64,000 nucleotides of DNA. Source: Epiperipatus broadwayi. Taxonomy: Eukaryota; Animalia; Onychophora. The notes below the pieces were generated by a model. It made no database searches, was not told the DNA's origin, and saw nothing but the letters and a program-made list of their open reading frames with translations. The DNA is taken from assembly GCA_028023455.1 (NCBI GenBank), contig JAQFVV010000008.1, positions 10,478,001-10,542,000 on the forward strand, in the 5' to 3' direction. The number at the start of each line of letters is the position of its first letter. Within the stretch, counting starts at the first letter, position 1. This document shows, in pieces, positions 38,501-51,199 of this stretch. The position numbers and the translations under genes are program-made.

Positions 38501-39760
38501 GTAGCCATATACACTATAGCCACTATCCATTCTTGTCTTCCTAATCTTATCTCAAATCACAAATGTTCTTGACACTTAACAGTATTTAATTTTTTTTTTG
38601 ACATAACTCCTATACCACCACCCCATTTTTTTCTATTTATACCTTGTCATACCAAGTCTTACAGTGTAAGGTTTTCTTCTTCTCTTAGATGCATTTCCAC
38701 TACTTTTAATATCTCAAGCTTTTTGTTTTTAACTGCTTTGTTTAATTCCAGCCACTTTTCTTATTTACTACCACCTTGCATATTCAAATATTCAATTTTA
38801 ACATTTTCTTACTAATCTTTTATAACTTCTTTGGACTCTTTCTTCTTTATTACATTTGTAATTAGCTTGTTTATCATTAGTTTTATAGACCCATTCCCTC
38901 TCCACATCTACATTTATATCTAAATCAACTACCCTTTGTTTATTTCTTATATCCCAACCATTCTTAACCTTCTTTTTGATAATACTGCAATTTAAAAACC
39001 CTGCCCTCCTCCCTTTATAAGTTTCCCAAACTATAATATTTTTTATAAGTCAACCCCTCTAATACTTCACTTCCTTGTTTTGCTAGATGCAATCCATCTT
39101 TACTATATAACTCCTTCTTACTAATAAAAAAATCCCACATATCCACAAACATATTTCTCTCACATAATTCTTTCAATCTCTCATTTATAGAACATGCCCT
39201 ATCTAACACATACCTATTGTCAAATCTTTGTAATAATCCAGCTATTCCTATACTTTTTTTAATTTTATTCAAATTACTAATCAATTCTTTATATTCATTC
39301 ATTACTTTCTCTGATGGTTCTGATAAATTATTTGTTCCTATCTTAACATAAACATTCCTATTCCTTTGTTTTTACCTTATCTGCAACATCCCTAATTCTA
39401 GCTCCAGGAAAACATAATCTTATATACCTATTTCTATTTTTTCTTGCAATTACATCTCCACTTCCTCTAATTAGTGAGTCTCCTATCAATACTGTCTCAT
39501 AGTTTACTTTCCTTACTTCATCCATAACATTATTTTTCACCTTTTGAATTTCCTTATCTAGTTTTTATCTTTTCTATTCATTAATTCCTTGATCTGCTCA
39601 CACTTCATCTCTAATGATTTTAATTTTATTTTTACATCTTTTACTTCTTTCTCTATCTTACTTATTCTTTGACTAACCATTCCACTAGTGAATATTATCT
39701 TCTCTCTCACTGACCTCTGTGAGGGATCAGTTGGAGAAACCTTTACCCTATTCTGTGTTA
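35520..39760 (-). mobile_element. Near full-length decayed non-LTR retrotransposon (esterase ORF1 + APE-RT-CCHC ORF2; RTEX-like, clade uncertain)
   Basis: ORF2 remnants: NYRPIAV...QRGF...FIDIENAYDRV; W.GVAVAGLTYGN; LFKAQTGSL...C..C. APE-like region at ~38200-38950; purine-rich minus strand throughout. Confidence 0.85.
39015..39750 (-). pseudogene. LINE ORF1: coiled coil plus SGNH/GDSL esterase domain (interrupted)
   Basis: TVLIGDSLIR (block I), KIGTNNL (block III, between the two listed ORFs), YSKDGLHL (block V DxxH). Confidence 0.8.
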
Positions 39761-42700
39761 TTTAAAGGTTGTTTTATTTATATATGAATAAATATCTCGC
39801 AACTCGTATGTAGAATGTAAAATAAAACTAAAAACACTTAAAACCTTCATCCTTAAGCAGTTGTAAGTATAGTAGAAATGCTTGTTTTTATTATTTCTTT
39901 ATTTGGAGGAAAGGAATATTAGAGAAGCCTTTTTCTAAAATGAGCTATTTAAAGTCTGTGTTATCCTTTTACACACATATATATGTATCTCTGGAAAAAA
40001 ATATTGATTTTCTTAAGACTAAAGATATCAATTATTTGTTATGATTAACAGTTATCTTAAGGTGAAATAAATTAATATTAGTTTGAATAAATTCTAAAGT
40101 TAACTTTTTTTTATTAAGACAAATTGAGTTTGCTTTAGAATAATGAACTATTTTAAATAGCTAATTAAATTATCAAGATTAATTAAAGAAAGAAAATAGT
40201 TTTTACCATATTGTTGATTTCGGATTCTTTAACGTATATATAAATTTAAAAAAACAAAACAAAACATTGTTTTATGCTTTCACGATATGTTTTGATTATG
40301 TATGACAGTCATCTTCGGTCTGTAAAATAAAGATAATTATCATATATAATGGAAGTGTATGAAAATGACGAAGTAGCAAATAATGAAAAGGAAGTAAATA
40401 ACTTAGCTTGTTGATAGAAATGACATTCACGGGCTACTGAAACATAATACCAATAAAAGAATGGGTAAATAATGTATATTTTAAAACTTGAGTGTTTTTA
40501 TACATTTTGATTTAATAGGCTTACAAAAATGCAGGAAAGAAAACCAGTATTAAGATTATATACAAGTGCTCAAATACTTAACACTTATTCTTTGGCAATT
40601 TTATAATTACATTAGCTCGTCATAAATTAGTTATTGACTTGTCTAATAATATCAATTTTTGAAAATGCATAATAAGACTTCCAAATTTAATATATTCTTT
40701 AAGGATATGTTTAAAGACATATGTAAAAAACAAAGAACCCTAGGATGAATTTTTGATAGAACTAGTCTTCATAAATTAATGCTGAAATTTAACAAAATTG
40801 CATATCATTATTTAATTAAGCTATTGTAAAAAGAAAATGCATAAAAAATTTATAAATGAGATATTTTAAATGAATAAACGAACAAACCTAATGTTTTGAT
40901 ACACTGTCGTAGTTAATTTTTTATCAATTCTACCATAAAAGTATAATCAAGAAATACTGAGAAGGCACTTTCTAACAATTTTTATAATGTTTCATTAATA
41001 ATATTTATATTAAACAGCAGGGATATAAAATTATATTGGAAACAAACAATTATGCAAACATCACTTCAGACATGACAGAAAGCAATCATAAATTACTTTT
41101 ATAAACTATGTTGAAAATCGTGAATAGTAACTGAATGTACTCCAACATCACACCAATAAATATGTATTAGAGCAGTCTGAAAAGTTACACAGATGTCAAG
41201 TTATTCTGGAAACATCTATTAAATGCATTTGTCAGATTTGACATTGTTTTGATAGCATCTAGTAATAATAATAAAATATTTAAGAATTCAAACTGCAAAT
41301 TATTGGATAACAGTAAAACAAGTATTAATAATATTATCATGACTTCAAAGACTAGAATTAATACTTTAATTGGCAACAAACTGTTTATATATAATTGCTA
41401 TATAATAAATTTCAACATATATAACAATATGTAAACAATATAGTTAAAGATTGATGATTAAAAGTGAATTAATCTAAATGAAATACATCACAATTAATAC
41501 ATGTCAAATTTGTAAGAATATGATAACAGAGATGGAGGCCAATATCATATACTTGTATACAAATGTCAATTGATCAAATATCACATGATTTGAATGTAAG
41601 AGGACTTGATATGTCTTTATATTCCATTAAAAATAGTTAAATTATTAGCAATAGTTTGCTTGTTTTTATTTTATAAGCTGATAATAATAATTTATAAAAA
41701 TTAAACTTATTAAGTTAAACACAAGTATACTCAAATTTAAAAATTTTATTAAAATTTATGATGTAATTTTAAGACATTGTGATATTAAAATATGCTGTGT
41801 TAAAGAAATGGTAACAAATATGTTGCATGTACACAAAATGTATACAAAGAGATCATCTATAATTTCTTTTTATTAAACACAAGTGACATATGTTATTATG
41901 CCTTTTAACAAAGTATGTATAAGTAGAGATATGCTGAGATTTTTACTTTCCAATATTATGAAGATTAGAAGTTTAACCATAATGATGGAATATAAATCTG
42001 TATCTATTAAAAAAAAATCATATTAAATTTTTAAATAAAAATGTATTAAATATTACAATTAGTTTAGCTAGTCTTTCAGATTAAAAATATTATTTATAGC
42101 TATACTGTTTATGGAGGTGTGATTTAGTATTTTAGTTTTAGAACTAATGCTAATAATACAATATTTTTTTGTTGTCCATATCATACTACAATAATTATTA
42201 AAAAAAAAATCAATACTCAGTCACTTTATTGAAATTAAGTCTTAGTATTCTCATTTCAATAATAGTAGTATTGCTAATCATTATTATAATTTGTTTTTTT
42301 CTCAAGTATCCCATGATATATGCTTCTCATTTTATGAAATCCTATCAGTAATAAAATGTAAAAGTTATATCAGCTGTAGAGATTAACGTGATTTTATGAC
42401 AATGATCGCAATTTAGTTCCATTTTAAATTTCTCAGAATAAAGTGTTTCCTCAATCATAATTTTACTATTGGATTAACTCTTCGCCTACTAAGACTTTGT
42501 TGTGCAACTGTTAGCCTGACTGCTTGCTATGCATACAATCTAAAATTTGAATTCAGTTAAAATGTATTCAAACCGATTTAGCATTCTTTCTTTAGATAAC
42601 TTAAACCACAAACAATATTTTTAACCATTACATAATAATTAGCATTAAATACTATAGCTAGAGAGTAAAGTAAAAAATATGAAAAATTATTAAAAATTCT

Positions 42701-43329
42701 CAGCAGTCAAAAATTGGCAACTATGGTAATGCATTTTCTCACTGACTATATCAGAAATTGAGCCTGTTGGAAAGACTTTGATCACCACAGTGGAATATTT
42801 AAAAATTGTTTTACTATATATATATATATAAAAACTATGATAGGCTTATACTGAATGTATTACAAAATATGAGAATACCAATAGATAGCAAATTAAATGA
42901 GCAAGTGGATAATTGATTAAATTATACCCAAATTGAAGCAAGATGCTTAAATTCCATGTTTAAATTTAGTTATATTATGAAATGATCTAATTCATTAGTA
43001 AAATGTTAATAGTAAAAGAAGAAAAAGATGTCAAGCAATGGAATGTGTTATTATAATGATAAATGTGCTTGCAAAAACCAAGATGATAAACAATTCTGGA
43101 AAATGACATTTATGTGATTGCCAGAAAACTGATTCATAATAATAATAACTTGTATTATGGTTGTAATCACATTTTAAACTATGTCCCTCATTTAATATTA
43201 ATTGCCAATGCCTTTGGAAAAAAATCAAATTTTCTTTAAACTTTTATAAATATACTGAACAGTTAGTAATAGCACACAGATTAATATGCAACACAATATT
43301 TCAAGGTGTATTATTCTTTTTTTCTGCAG

Positions 43330-43409
43330 GTGCTGCTGTCCTGATTAGTGACAATATTAGAATGGGAATTGAACTAAGGATTTTTAGATTCATGACTGTT
43401 GAGTTTAAC
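43330..43409 (+). CDS. Candidate coding exon ((G)AAVLISDNIRMGIELRIFRFMTVEFN)
   Basis: Consensus acceptor ttattctttttttctgcag| and donor AAC|gtaagt; open frame. Confidence 0.5.
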
Positions 43410-43636
43410 GTAAGTTGATGCTCTAACTAACTAGGCTAGTCTACCAAAGGTAATAGTCAGTAAAAATTTCATATAATTATCTAAGTGAGTCATCCTGATT
43501 TCTCAACCTTTTTTAATAAGTGACTTTCATGTGTTATGACTTACCATTCATTAACATTGCTCTTAAAAAAGTGGAGAAAGCAGGAATACTCTCATAGATA
43601 ACTATATGAAATTTCTATGTCTGTTATCTTTGTCAG

Positions 43637-43705
43637 AATAGTCTAATGGATCAGAACATCACCTTAAATTCGATATTTATGAATCTAAAGAAAAGAGGAG
43701 ACTAA
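43637..43705 (+). CDS. Candidate terminal coding exon (NSLMDQNITLNSIFMNLKKRGD*)
   Basis: gttatctttgtcag| acceptor; the only open frame is phase 0, matching the preceding exon. Confidence 0.35.
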   Translation, partial: NSLMDQNITLNSIFMNLKKRGD

Positions 43706-45589
43706 TATGGCTTAAAACATTGTGTTGTACATTAACTTATGTGCTATTGTTAGCAACTGAATATATTTGAAAAGTTGAAATAAAGTTTGAATTTTTCCAA
43801 AGACATTTAACAATTAATATTAGATAATGGAAATAATCCAAAATATAGCTGCAACATCACAAACACTTGTATTATATGTTTTGTATTATTATTATTTTGA
43901 AAGAGTAAGTACATGATAAAACATTTAAAAAAGAGATTGTTTTACTTTATTCTATTTAAATATGGGTATCATGTGATAATGTGAGATTTAACTATTAATT
44001 TAAAATATGTAAATAAAATTTGGAATAAAAATATTTTAGTTTCTTATAAAATATAAATAATAAACATTTCGATATAAGCTAAGAAAAAAAAAAGGTTAAT
44101 TAGCAATATTAAAATTTTGTTTTATATACATATATCAAAGAATTATGGGAAATTTTCATTTTTAACTTCAAATGCTTAAAAATAATTTCTCTATATTAGT
44201 CAAAAAAAAAAAAAAGTAAAAAAATGCAAAATTAAAAAAGGAATGGGAATCAATATTTTAGTAATTTATTTTTAGATAAGCAAGAAAAACATAAGTTAAA
44301 TTTCATTTATGGCAAATTAATAATTTATTTTTTAAAATTAAATAATAAAAATAAATTTTAAAAAATGTAAATAATGTTGTGTAGATTTTAAATAATTTTG
44401 GAAAATCCGTAATAATATATTTGTTTGTATGCAGTTTACTTCATTGGCAATTCTAAGGTCATTCAAACAGAAGATTAAATAAATTAATTTTTTACTTTTT
44501 TGAATTATTATTTTACATATTGTATTATGATTTAAAAATAAATAAGTAATAAAAATTTACATATTTATGCATGCAAAAAAAAGAGAAAAGATTATAGTTA
44601 GAAATGTTGGTGTTTATAATTAAAGGATGAAAATGTGATTCTACAACATACAATCTCATGATCACAGCTAGAGCTTGATGATTTGGTCTTATACAAACTT
44701 AAGTGATTGGGGTAATAAGATATAAAGCTTAAGAAATGATGAGAGCATAACAAAAAAGTGCAGAGAGAAAATAGAAAAGGCATTTATGTATGAAAGAAGT
44801 GTTTAATTTTTATGAGACAACATCTTATCTTACAATGTATTAGGAGATACTCTTGATCCAGACACTAAGGATTACTTGCTTAACTTAATAATAGACTGTC
44901 TTCCACACCAATCAAAGAATATAAATACATTCAACATTGCCTACTTTTATAGCTGCAGCAAATAAAAAATATTCTTCTATACCTGCGATATTCAACCCAC
45001 CATTGATCAATTGTTAAAATTTATACATCAAACAACAATGCAGCAAGCTAAAAGAAAAATAATAATAATGAATAAAATTTGAAGAAAAATATTTTTTTTA
45101 TTTTCAAGTGGATCAGTGATATGAGATAGAGTGGTGAGTGGTGGGTCATATGAAGGTCTGTGCTCATAGACCCTATATATATATTGATACAGGTATATAA
45201 TAGTATTTCAGTTATTTATCTAACTTATAATAAATCAAAAATAATACCTAGGATTATTTTCAAATGGTAGAAATAAATATCAAATAAATTTACAATATCC
45301 AATTCATTTCTCAGAAATCAGTTTTATTTCTTAAAAAAGAATATATTTCATTTCATTTAATAACATTTTAAGACACATTTGTGTATGATTAGATTCACTC
45401 ATGATTCCACCATTACTAATAACTATTTTTTTGAACTTGTATTAGTTCAAATATGAATTTAGATACCTTATAACATTAGATATACACATGTATTTATTTA
45501 TCTCATTAAAGTAAATAATTGAATTAAAATTTGATTTCAATAAAAAAAATTAAAGTATTTTTTTAATGTGAGACTAAATCATATTTATC

Positions 45590-47190
45590 CAAAGAAATCA
45601 AGAATATTATCTTCATAAGACTGGGTGATTTTTTTTTTAATAAAACGTTTCTCTTTAATTTGGAATTCATCTACATCATTTCCAAAATAATAATAATATT
45701 GAGAGACATTTTCAATCACTACTTGGAAAATATAAAAAATTTTCTAAACATTCACAATTGTGCAAATCTAAAAACAGAACTTTAAAGAATAAACTTTTTA
45801 TACATAAAGCATGTTTTCTAGAGTAATAAATAAAATGATATAATCACTGATGCTTCTTTAAAAGTTTGTCATTTATTAGGTAAAGCTAAAAGATGTGTTT
45901 GAAACAGTAGAATCTTTATTTTCTGATTTCAAAACAACTTTCCAGAACAACAATTGATTAGAAAAATTGAAATTTTAAATGCTGATGTGAATAATCAAAT
46001 AATGTCAGACAATCACATTGTTGCAATTTTATTGCAATCTGAGAAGTCAGATGATTTCACTAATAATGTTCATTCAATAAGAATTATTTGTATGGTATTT
46101 CAAATTTAATCAAATAAAAAAAAAACTTTTGAAAAATAATTCATTATTGGGAAGGGCAAGAGTAAAAGATATTTTTATAAAATTTGATGAATTTTTGAAA
46201 GAATATTACTTTGCCTTTTAAAATAGATTCTCTTATTACTAATGGGGCTGGCATGGATTTTATTTTATTCTTCAATAACTATGATAAACATATTACTCAA
46301 TCAAAAAGACTTGTCTGATAAAAGATTCAGTACAAAAGATGCTTTGAATATCGTGCTTAAATTATTAACTTTCTTTGCAGAAAAGCATTTCAAAAGTGAC
46401 TATTTAAATCATAACTGATGATGAGTGAGAATTTCTGTTGTTCAATAAAATTTAACAGCTCAGTAGAAATAAATTTATGAAAAGATTTCTTGGGATAATT
46501 AATAAATGTTATCAAAACATTTCACAAGAGAGAACATATTTATCCACAATTAATGAATGACAAAAAGTGACTATTAAATGTATCCTTTTTAGTAGATTTT
46601 TGTACAAAAGTAAGCAGTTTAAATTTAGAGTTGCAATTTAATTGACATTAAGAATTCAGTAAGAATTTTCCAATGTTACTTATTTGAAAAAATATAAATG
46701 ACCATGAATTTGGACATTTCCCATACTTGTTAACATTTTTCAATGAAAATTCCAATATGGTTTATTGAGATTTAAAAAAATTTATAAATGAAATAAAAAT
46801 AGTTGAGAATGAAATTAACTGAATTGATTGGGTTTTTAAAATCAACAATTCATTTCCAAATAGCTTAAACATCACAAAATTTTCAAATAAATTGCTTAAT
46901 TATTTATTACAAATTATGATGAAATAGAAATTAAAATAGCCCATATTCAAAATGATTTACATTTGAAATTAATAAATGAAAAAAAAAAAAAAACATTTGA
47001 CAATATTAAAATGAGAAATTACCAATTTTAAGCAATATTAGCCCAAAAATAGTGATTTGCTTTGAATTAACTTATTTCAGAATCTGCTTTTTCAAATATG
47101 AGCATGATAAAAAGCAAATTAAGCAGTCAAATAATAAATAAACATTTGGATCCGTATTTGCAAATGCTACATCTTATCAACCAAATTATT
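45590..47190 (+). mobile_element. Decayed hAT transposase (GTF2IRD2/EPM2AIP1-like)
   Basis: Fragments NIERHF, DASLKVCHLLGK, DSL.T.GA.M, FLVDF..K...LNL.LQ and TY..ESAFSNMSMIKSKL...HLD; multiple frameshifts. Confidence 0.7.
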
Positions 47191-48408
47191 GCAAGGTTCC
47201 ACTAGTTTCATATCTTATGTTAATTTTTTTCATATATATGATTAATAATTATCTTTGAATTTTTTTAATTTTTGTTCTTATATTATTTTAAAATATGTCA
47301 TGTTGTGCTGCACTATTAATTATATATATATATTAAGTGAATAGATTACTAATTAACTTGATATAAGAAATAGGTTGTATATTAAAAAAGGTTAAATACC
47401 ATTGTTCTATTCAATGTTTCTTAAAAAAAAATTTTTAAAAAAGTCTTCTGGATCTCCACTTACTTCATATTATTATTTCAAAATTAAAACAAAAACATTG
47501 AAAATATAAAATTCTGTAATTAGTTGCTTGCAGACATGGAGGGCATTGGATTTCAAAGCAACAACCTTAGCACAACAATTCCATTCAATAGATTAATTTA
47601 AGGCCCTAAGGTACTGAACCCAAACCAACCTACATCAATAATTATATAAATCTGACTCCAAGTCAATAATTATATATTTTAGTATACTCAGTTCTTTATT
47701 AGCTAAAAATATTTAAATTTTAGACAAATGATAATTTATTAATTATTGTTTAACAAACTTGTGAATAAAACACCATTCTCTCTAAGCTCAATAGATAATA
47801 ATTTAACATATTACATCGGTGGTGTGCAAACTGTGGGTTACAACCCCTCAAGGAGCGCCCAAAAAATTATTGGAGGTCATGAAAATTTAGAGAAAGTTTT
47901 CATATTGGATAATACATTTTTAATTTTAAACTGCTTGAGTCATTATTGTGTCTGACCATTTTTATTGTTAAGCACTTTCTTCTTTATATTTCAATTCACT
48001 TTGTATAAACAGCACATTTATAATAGCACTTCATTTATATTGTTCTCATTTATCTTGTTCGCTTTTAGAGTTTTGTTGTTCAAGCTAGTATCCTCCAAAT
48101 ATTGATACATGGTATTATGTTCTTGAATGTATACATTTTTTAAAACAGGCTAAAAAAGTTGTAATTACTACAAATTCAACAGATCTACTAAGAACCAAGT
48201 ATTATTATACATTTTTTGTTAATATGCAGTTTTTTCAAAGATCTTTATATCAAATCGTATATACTGAAATATAATATAAAGCTATATATTTATATTAAAA
48301 CAGGCAAAACTCTCCATACAGTAGTGCCATTCAGTGCCAACCAGAGTAATCAATGGATGCCAGAAGGCTTGTGCATAAAATTTCTATCTAATGCCTATTC
48401 ATCCAATA

Positions 48409-48448
48409 TCCCCAGACTAATTTCTGGCTTAGCCTTCATCTGTGAGAA
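48409..48448 (-). ncRNA. Hammerhead copy with core mutation (CAGATGA)
   Basis: TTCTCA CAGATGA AGGC TAA GCCA GAA ATTAGT C TGGGGA. Confidence 0.6.
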
Positions 48449-48968
48449 GCTTTGGATTTGAGAGCACTACATCTAGATCTTAGGATCTAATGCAACCCTC
48501 CAGCAGCTATGTTTTATCTCTACTTAACTACAAAACTATGAGAATAAAATTGAAAACACAATATTTTCAATCTAAGCTCAATAGCTTATATAGTCATATG
48601 GGTCTGAACCCAGTTTAGTACCTATGCATTTTGGTATCTTTGGCAGTTATATGGGTCTGAACCCAGTTCAGTACCCATACATTTTGGTATCTTTGGCTCT
48701 TTAACAACCATAGCCACTTCTATCCTATTAAGCAGGATTGGTGTTAAACCACTAAACATCACATGATCACTATGCTAATAGGATAGTGGTGGCTATGGTT
48801 GTTAAAGAGCCAAAGACATCAAAATACTATATAAGTTATTGAGTTTAGATTGAAATTATTGTTTTCAATTTTATTCTCATAGTTTTGTAGTTAAGTAGAG
48901 ATAAAAGGTGGCTGCTGGAGGTTGCATTAGATCCTAAGATCTAGGTGCAGTGCTCTCAGATCCAAAGC

Positions 48969-49010
48969 TCCTCACTGATGAAGGCCACAAGAAAGAAACT
49001 AGTCTGGGGA
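48969..49010 (+). ncRNA. Hammerhead copy, core intact, stem II disrupted
   Basis: TCCTCA CTGATGA AGGC CACAA GAAA GAA ACTAGT C TGGGGA. Confidence 0.7.
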
Positions 49011-49414
49011 TATTGGATGAGTAGGCATTAGAAAGAGATTTTATGCACAAGCTTTCTGGCATTCATTGATTACTCTGGTTGGCACTGAGTGGCACTACTG
49101 TATGGAGAGTTTTGCCTGTTTTAATAACAGTAATGTGCTAGAGTGATCATGTGATGTTTAGTGGTTTAACACCAATTCTGTCTAATAGGATAGTGGCAGC
49201 TAAGGTTGTTAAAGAGCCAAAGACACAAAAATATATGGGTACTAAACTGGGTTCAGACCCATATGACTATAAAAGCTATTGAGCTTAGATTGAAAATATG
49301 TTCGTGTTTTCAATTTTATTCTCATAGTTTTGTAGTTAAGTAGAGATAAAAGGTGGCTGCTCGAGGGTTGCATTAGATCCTAAGATCTAGGTGTGGTGCT
49401 CTCAGAACCAAAGC

Positions 49415-49456
49415 TCCCCACTGACGAAGACCACAAGCTAGAAATTAGTCTGGGGA
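49415..49456 (+). ncRNA. Hammerhead copy, core intact (CTGACGA), weak stem II
   Basis: TCCCCA CTGACGA AGAC CACAA GCTA GAA ATTAGT C TGGGGA. Confidence 0.7.
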
Positions 49457-50918
49457 TATTGGATGAGTAGGCATTAGATGGGGATTTTAAACACAAGCTT
49501 TCTGGCATTCATTGATTATTCTGGTTGGCACTGAGTGGCACTTCAGTATGGAGAGTTTTGCCTGTTTTAATAACAGTAATGTGCTAGCATAGGAAATAGT
49601 GATCATGTGATATATATTTATATGTGGTAAAATGAGTTTTATTACTACTATCCTTATATGCTTATAATAGGATGGTAATAACATATAATGAGTCATGTAA
49701 AATTGTCAGTCTGAGTATGAGGGGGTACAAGTGTAAAAAGATTGTGCATCACTGTATTACATCACCATAGCATATGTTGCAAAATACATTTAGATTATAT
49801 TGATTTTATTATTGTACTATATAAAACAACAACAAAAAAATAAACTTTTATTAATTAAATCACAAAAACTAAAAAAAAATGTATTTTAGAAATGAGATCA
49901 CAAGTATTACTAAAATAAAAAATTATTAACTGATATTCGGCCAAATTTTCTTCATCTGAGGCCAAAAAATAAAAGCATGCTCTTACATATTAACAACTAT
50001 ACAATAAAAAATTAATGTTTAAAAGAAATGGATTGCAGCTGTATAAACTATTTATAAAAACAGGCAATATTATAAATTAATTAACTCATACTTAAATAGT
50101 TAGGTTTTTTTTCATAATTGTTTTTTTACATTTTTTTTAAAAATTTTTCATAAATAGTTTAATGATTTATCTGAGATAAGTAACTCATTCACTTTATCCT
50201 TGGCCTGACCCAAAATATGAACTTTTATAAGAATATTTAACTTTCCATATGTTGATTTTATTAGTACAACTGTAAAGAAAAGAGAATGGTATGGAAATGT
50301 TAGAATTTTGTGCTAATGCAAAATAATTTAGTGTTCTCTATATGCATGTTCTGCTTAGTGGTGGAGTTGTTATACATACACCAATCTGTATTAGAATAAG
50401 CTAATCAATAAGTTTCATTTTTCTGTAAAAAAGAAAAAATATAATTTGTGTGAAAACATAAAAATAATATTTATTTAGGGAAAAAGCATGAAAATAATAT
50501 ATTTTCTTAAGAGACAATGATTGAAAAGCAAATAATTTATTTAAAAGTATAAAAATGAAATAATTATGTTTGAAAATTGTCAAGAGTTCTAATGTTAAAG
50601 TATCACATAGCAGTACAGCACAAAATCCTGGTAATCAAGACCTATCTACAATTTCTTTAAATGAATGAATATGCATTTGCTCTTATTACCTCAAATGAAA
50701 TTAATTTTCTATGCATTGGTGGATTTGAAATTTTTTATGCAATTGTATTATTGTCACCAATTACTACATGGGAGTGAATACCCTTTTGGATTTATTGCTA
50801 CCAATTATTATCAATATATTATTGAGTTGTCGTTGCTCTTATCACTAACTTTATTTCTTTCTAAAGGTTTGTTTTTTAACAATTATATTATTTTCATGTT
50901 TTCAATGATATTATTTTT

Positions 50919-51199
50919 AAGCCCATAAACATCACATGGTCACCCTTTCTTATGCTTTCTTATAACTGTTATTAAAACAGGCAAAACTCACTATACTTAT
51001 TGCCACACACAGCAAGCTAGAGTAATCAATGGATGCCAGAAGGTTTGTGCATAAAATCCCAATCTAGTGCCTACTCAACCAATATCACCAGACTAGTTTC
51101 TGGCTTGTGGCCTTTATCAGTGAGGAGCTTTGGATTTGAGAACGCTGCATTGGTTACCCTAGCTTGCTGTATGTGGCAATATGTATAGTGAGTTTTTTT
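50919..51199. mobile_element. Retrozyme-family insertion G (fold-back, tail on left)
   Basis: 13-bp TSD TGATATTATTTTT (50906-50918 / 51200-51212); hammerhead at 51085-51126 (-) with CTGATAA core mutation. Confidence 0.88.

Larger units (their letters stand above)
48296..49610. mobile_element. Hammerhead retrozyme-like insertion F: one minus monomer, then two tandem plus monomers with tail
   Basis: 13-bp TSD TATATATTTATAT (48283-48295 / 49611-49623); inversion junction at ~48773; hammerheads at 48409-48448 (-), 48969-49010 (+), 49415-49456 (+); internal ~52-bp duplication near 48595-48700. Confidence 0.92.
47817..49754. mobile_element. Non-autonomous hAT element (~610 bp when empty) hosting retrozyme insertion F
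   Basis: TIR-like ends CGGTGGTGTGCAA and TTGTGCATCACTG; perfect 8-bp TSD TATTACAT (47809-47816 / 49755-49762). Confidence 0.8.

Noticed and set aside
43355-43445. tRNA/SINE-head-like sequence on the minus strand
   Set aside because: No proper cloverleaf; better explained by the plus-strand exon and its GTAAGT donor.
45105-47462. Putative TIRs for the second hAT transposase (aagtggatcag / ctggatctccactt)
   Set aside because: Weak match and no 8-bp TSD.
49487-49696. Listed 69-aa ORF, and similar ORFs at 48216-48461 and 11991-12194, overlapping the retrozyme
   Set aside because: Frames are not conserved between copies; these are chance ORFs.
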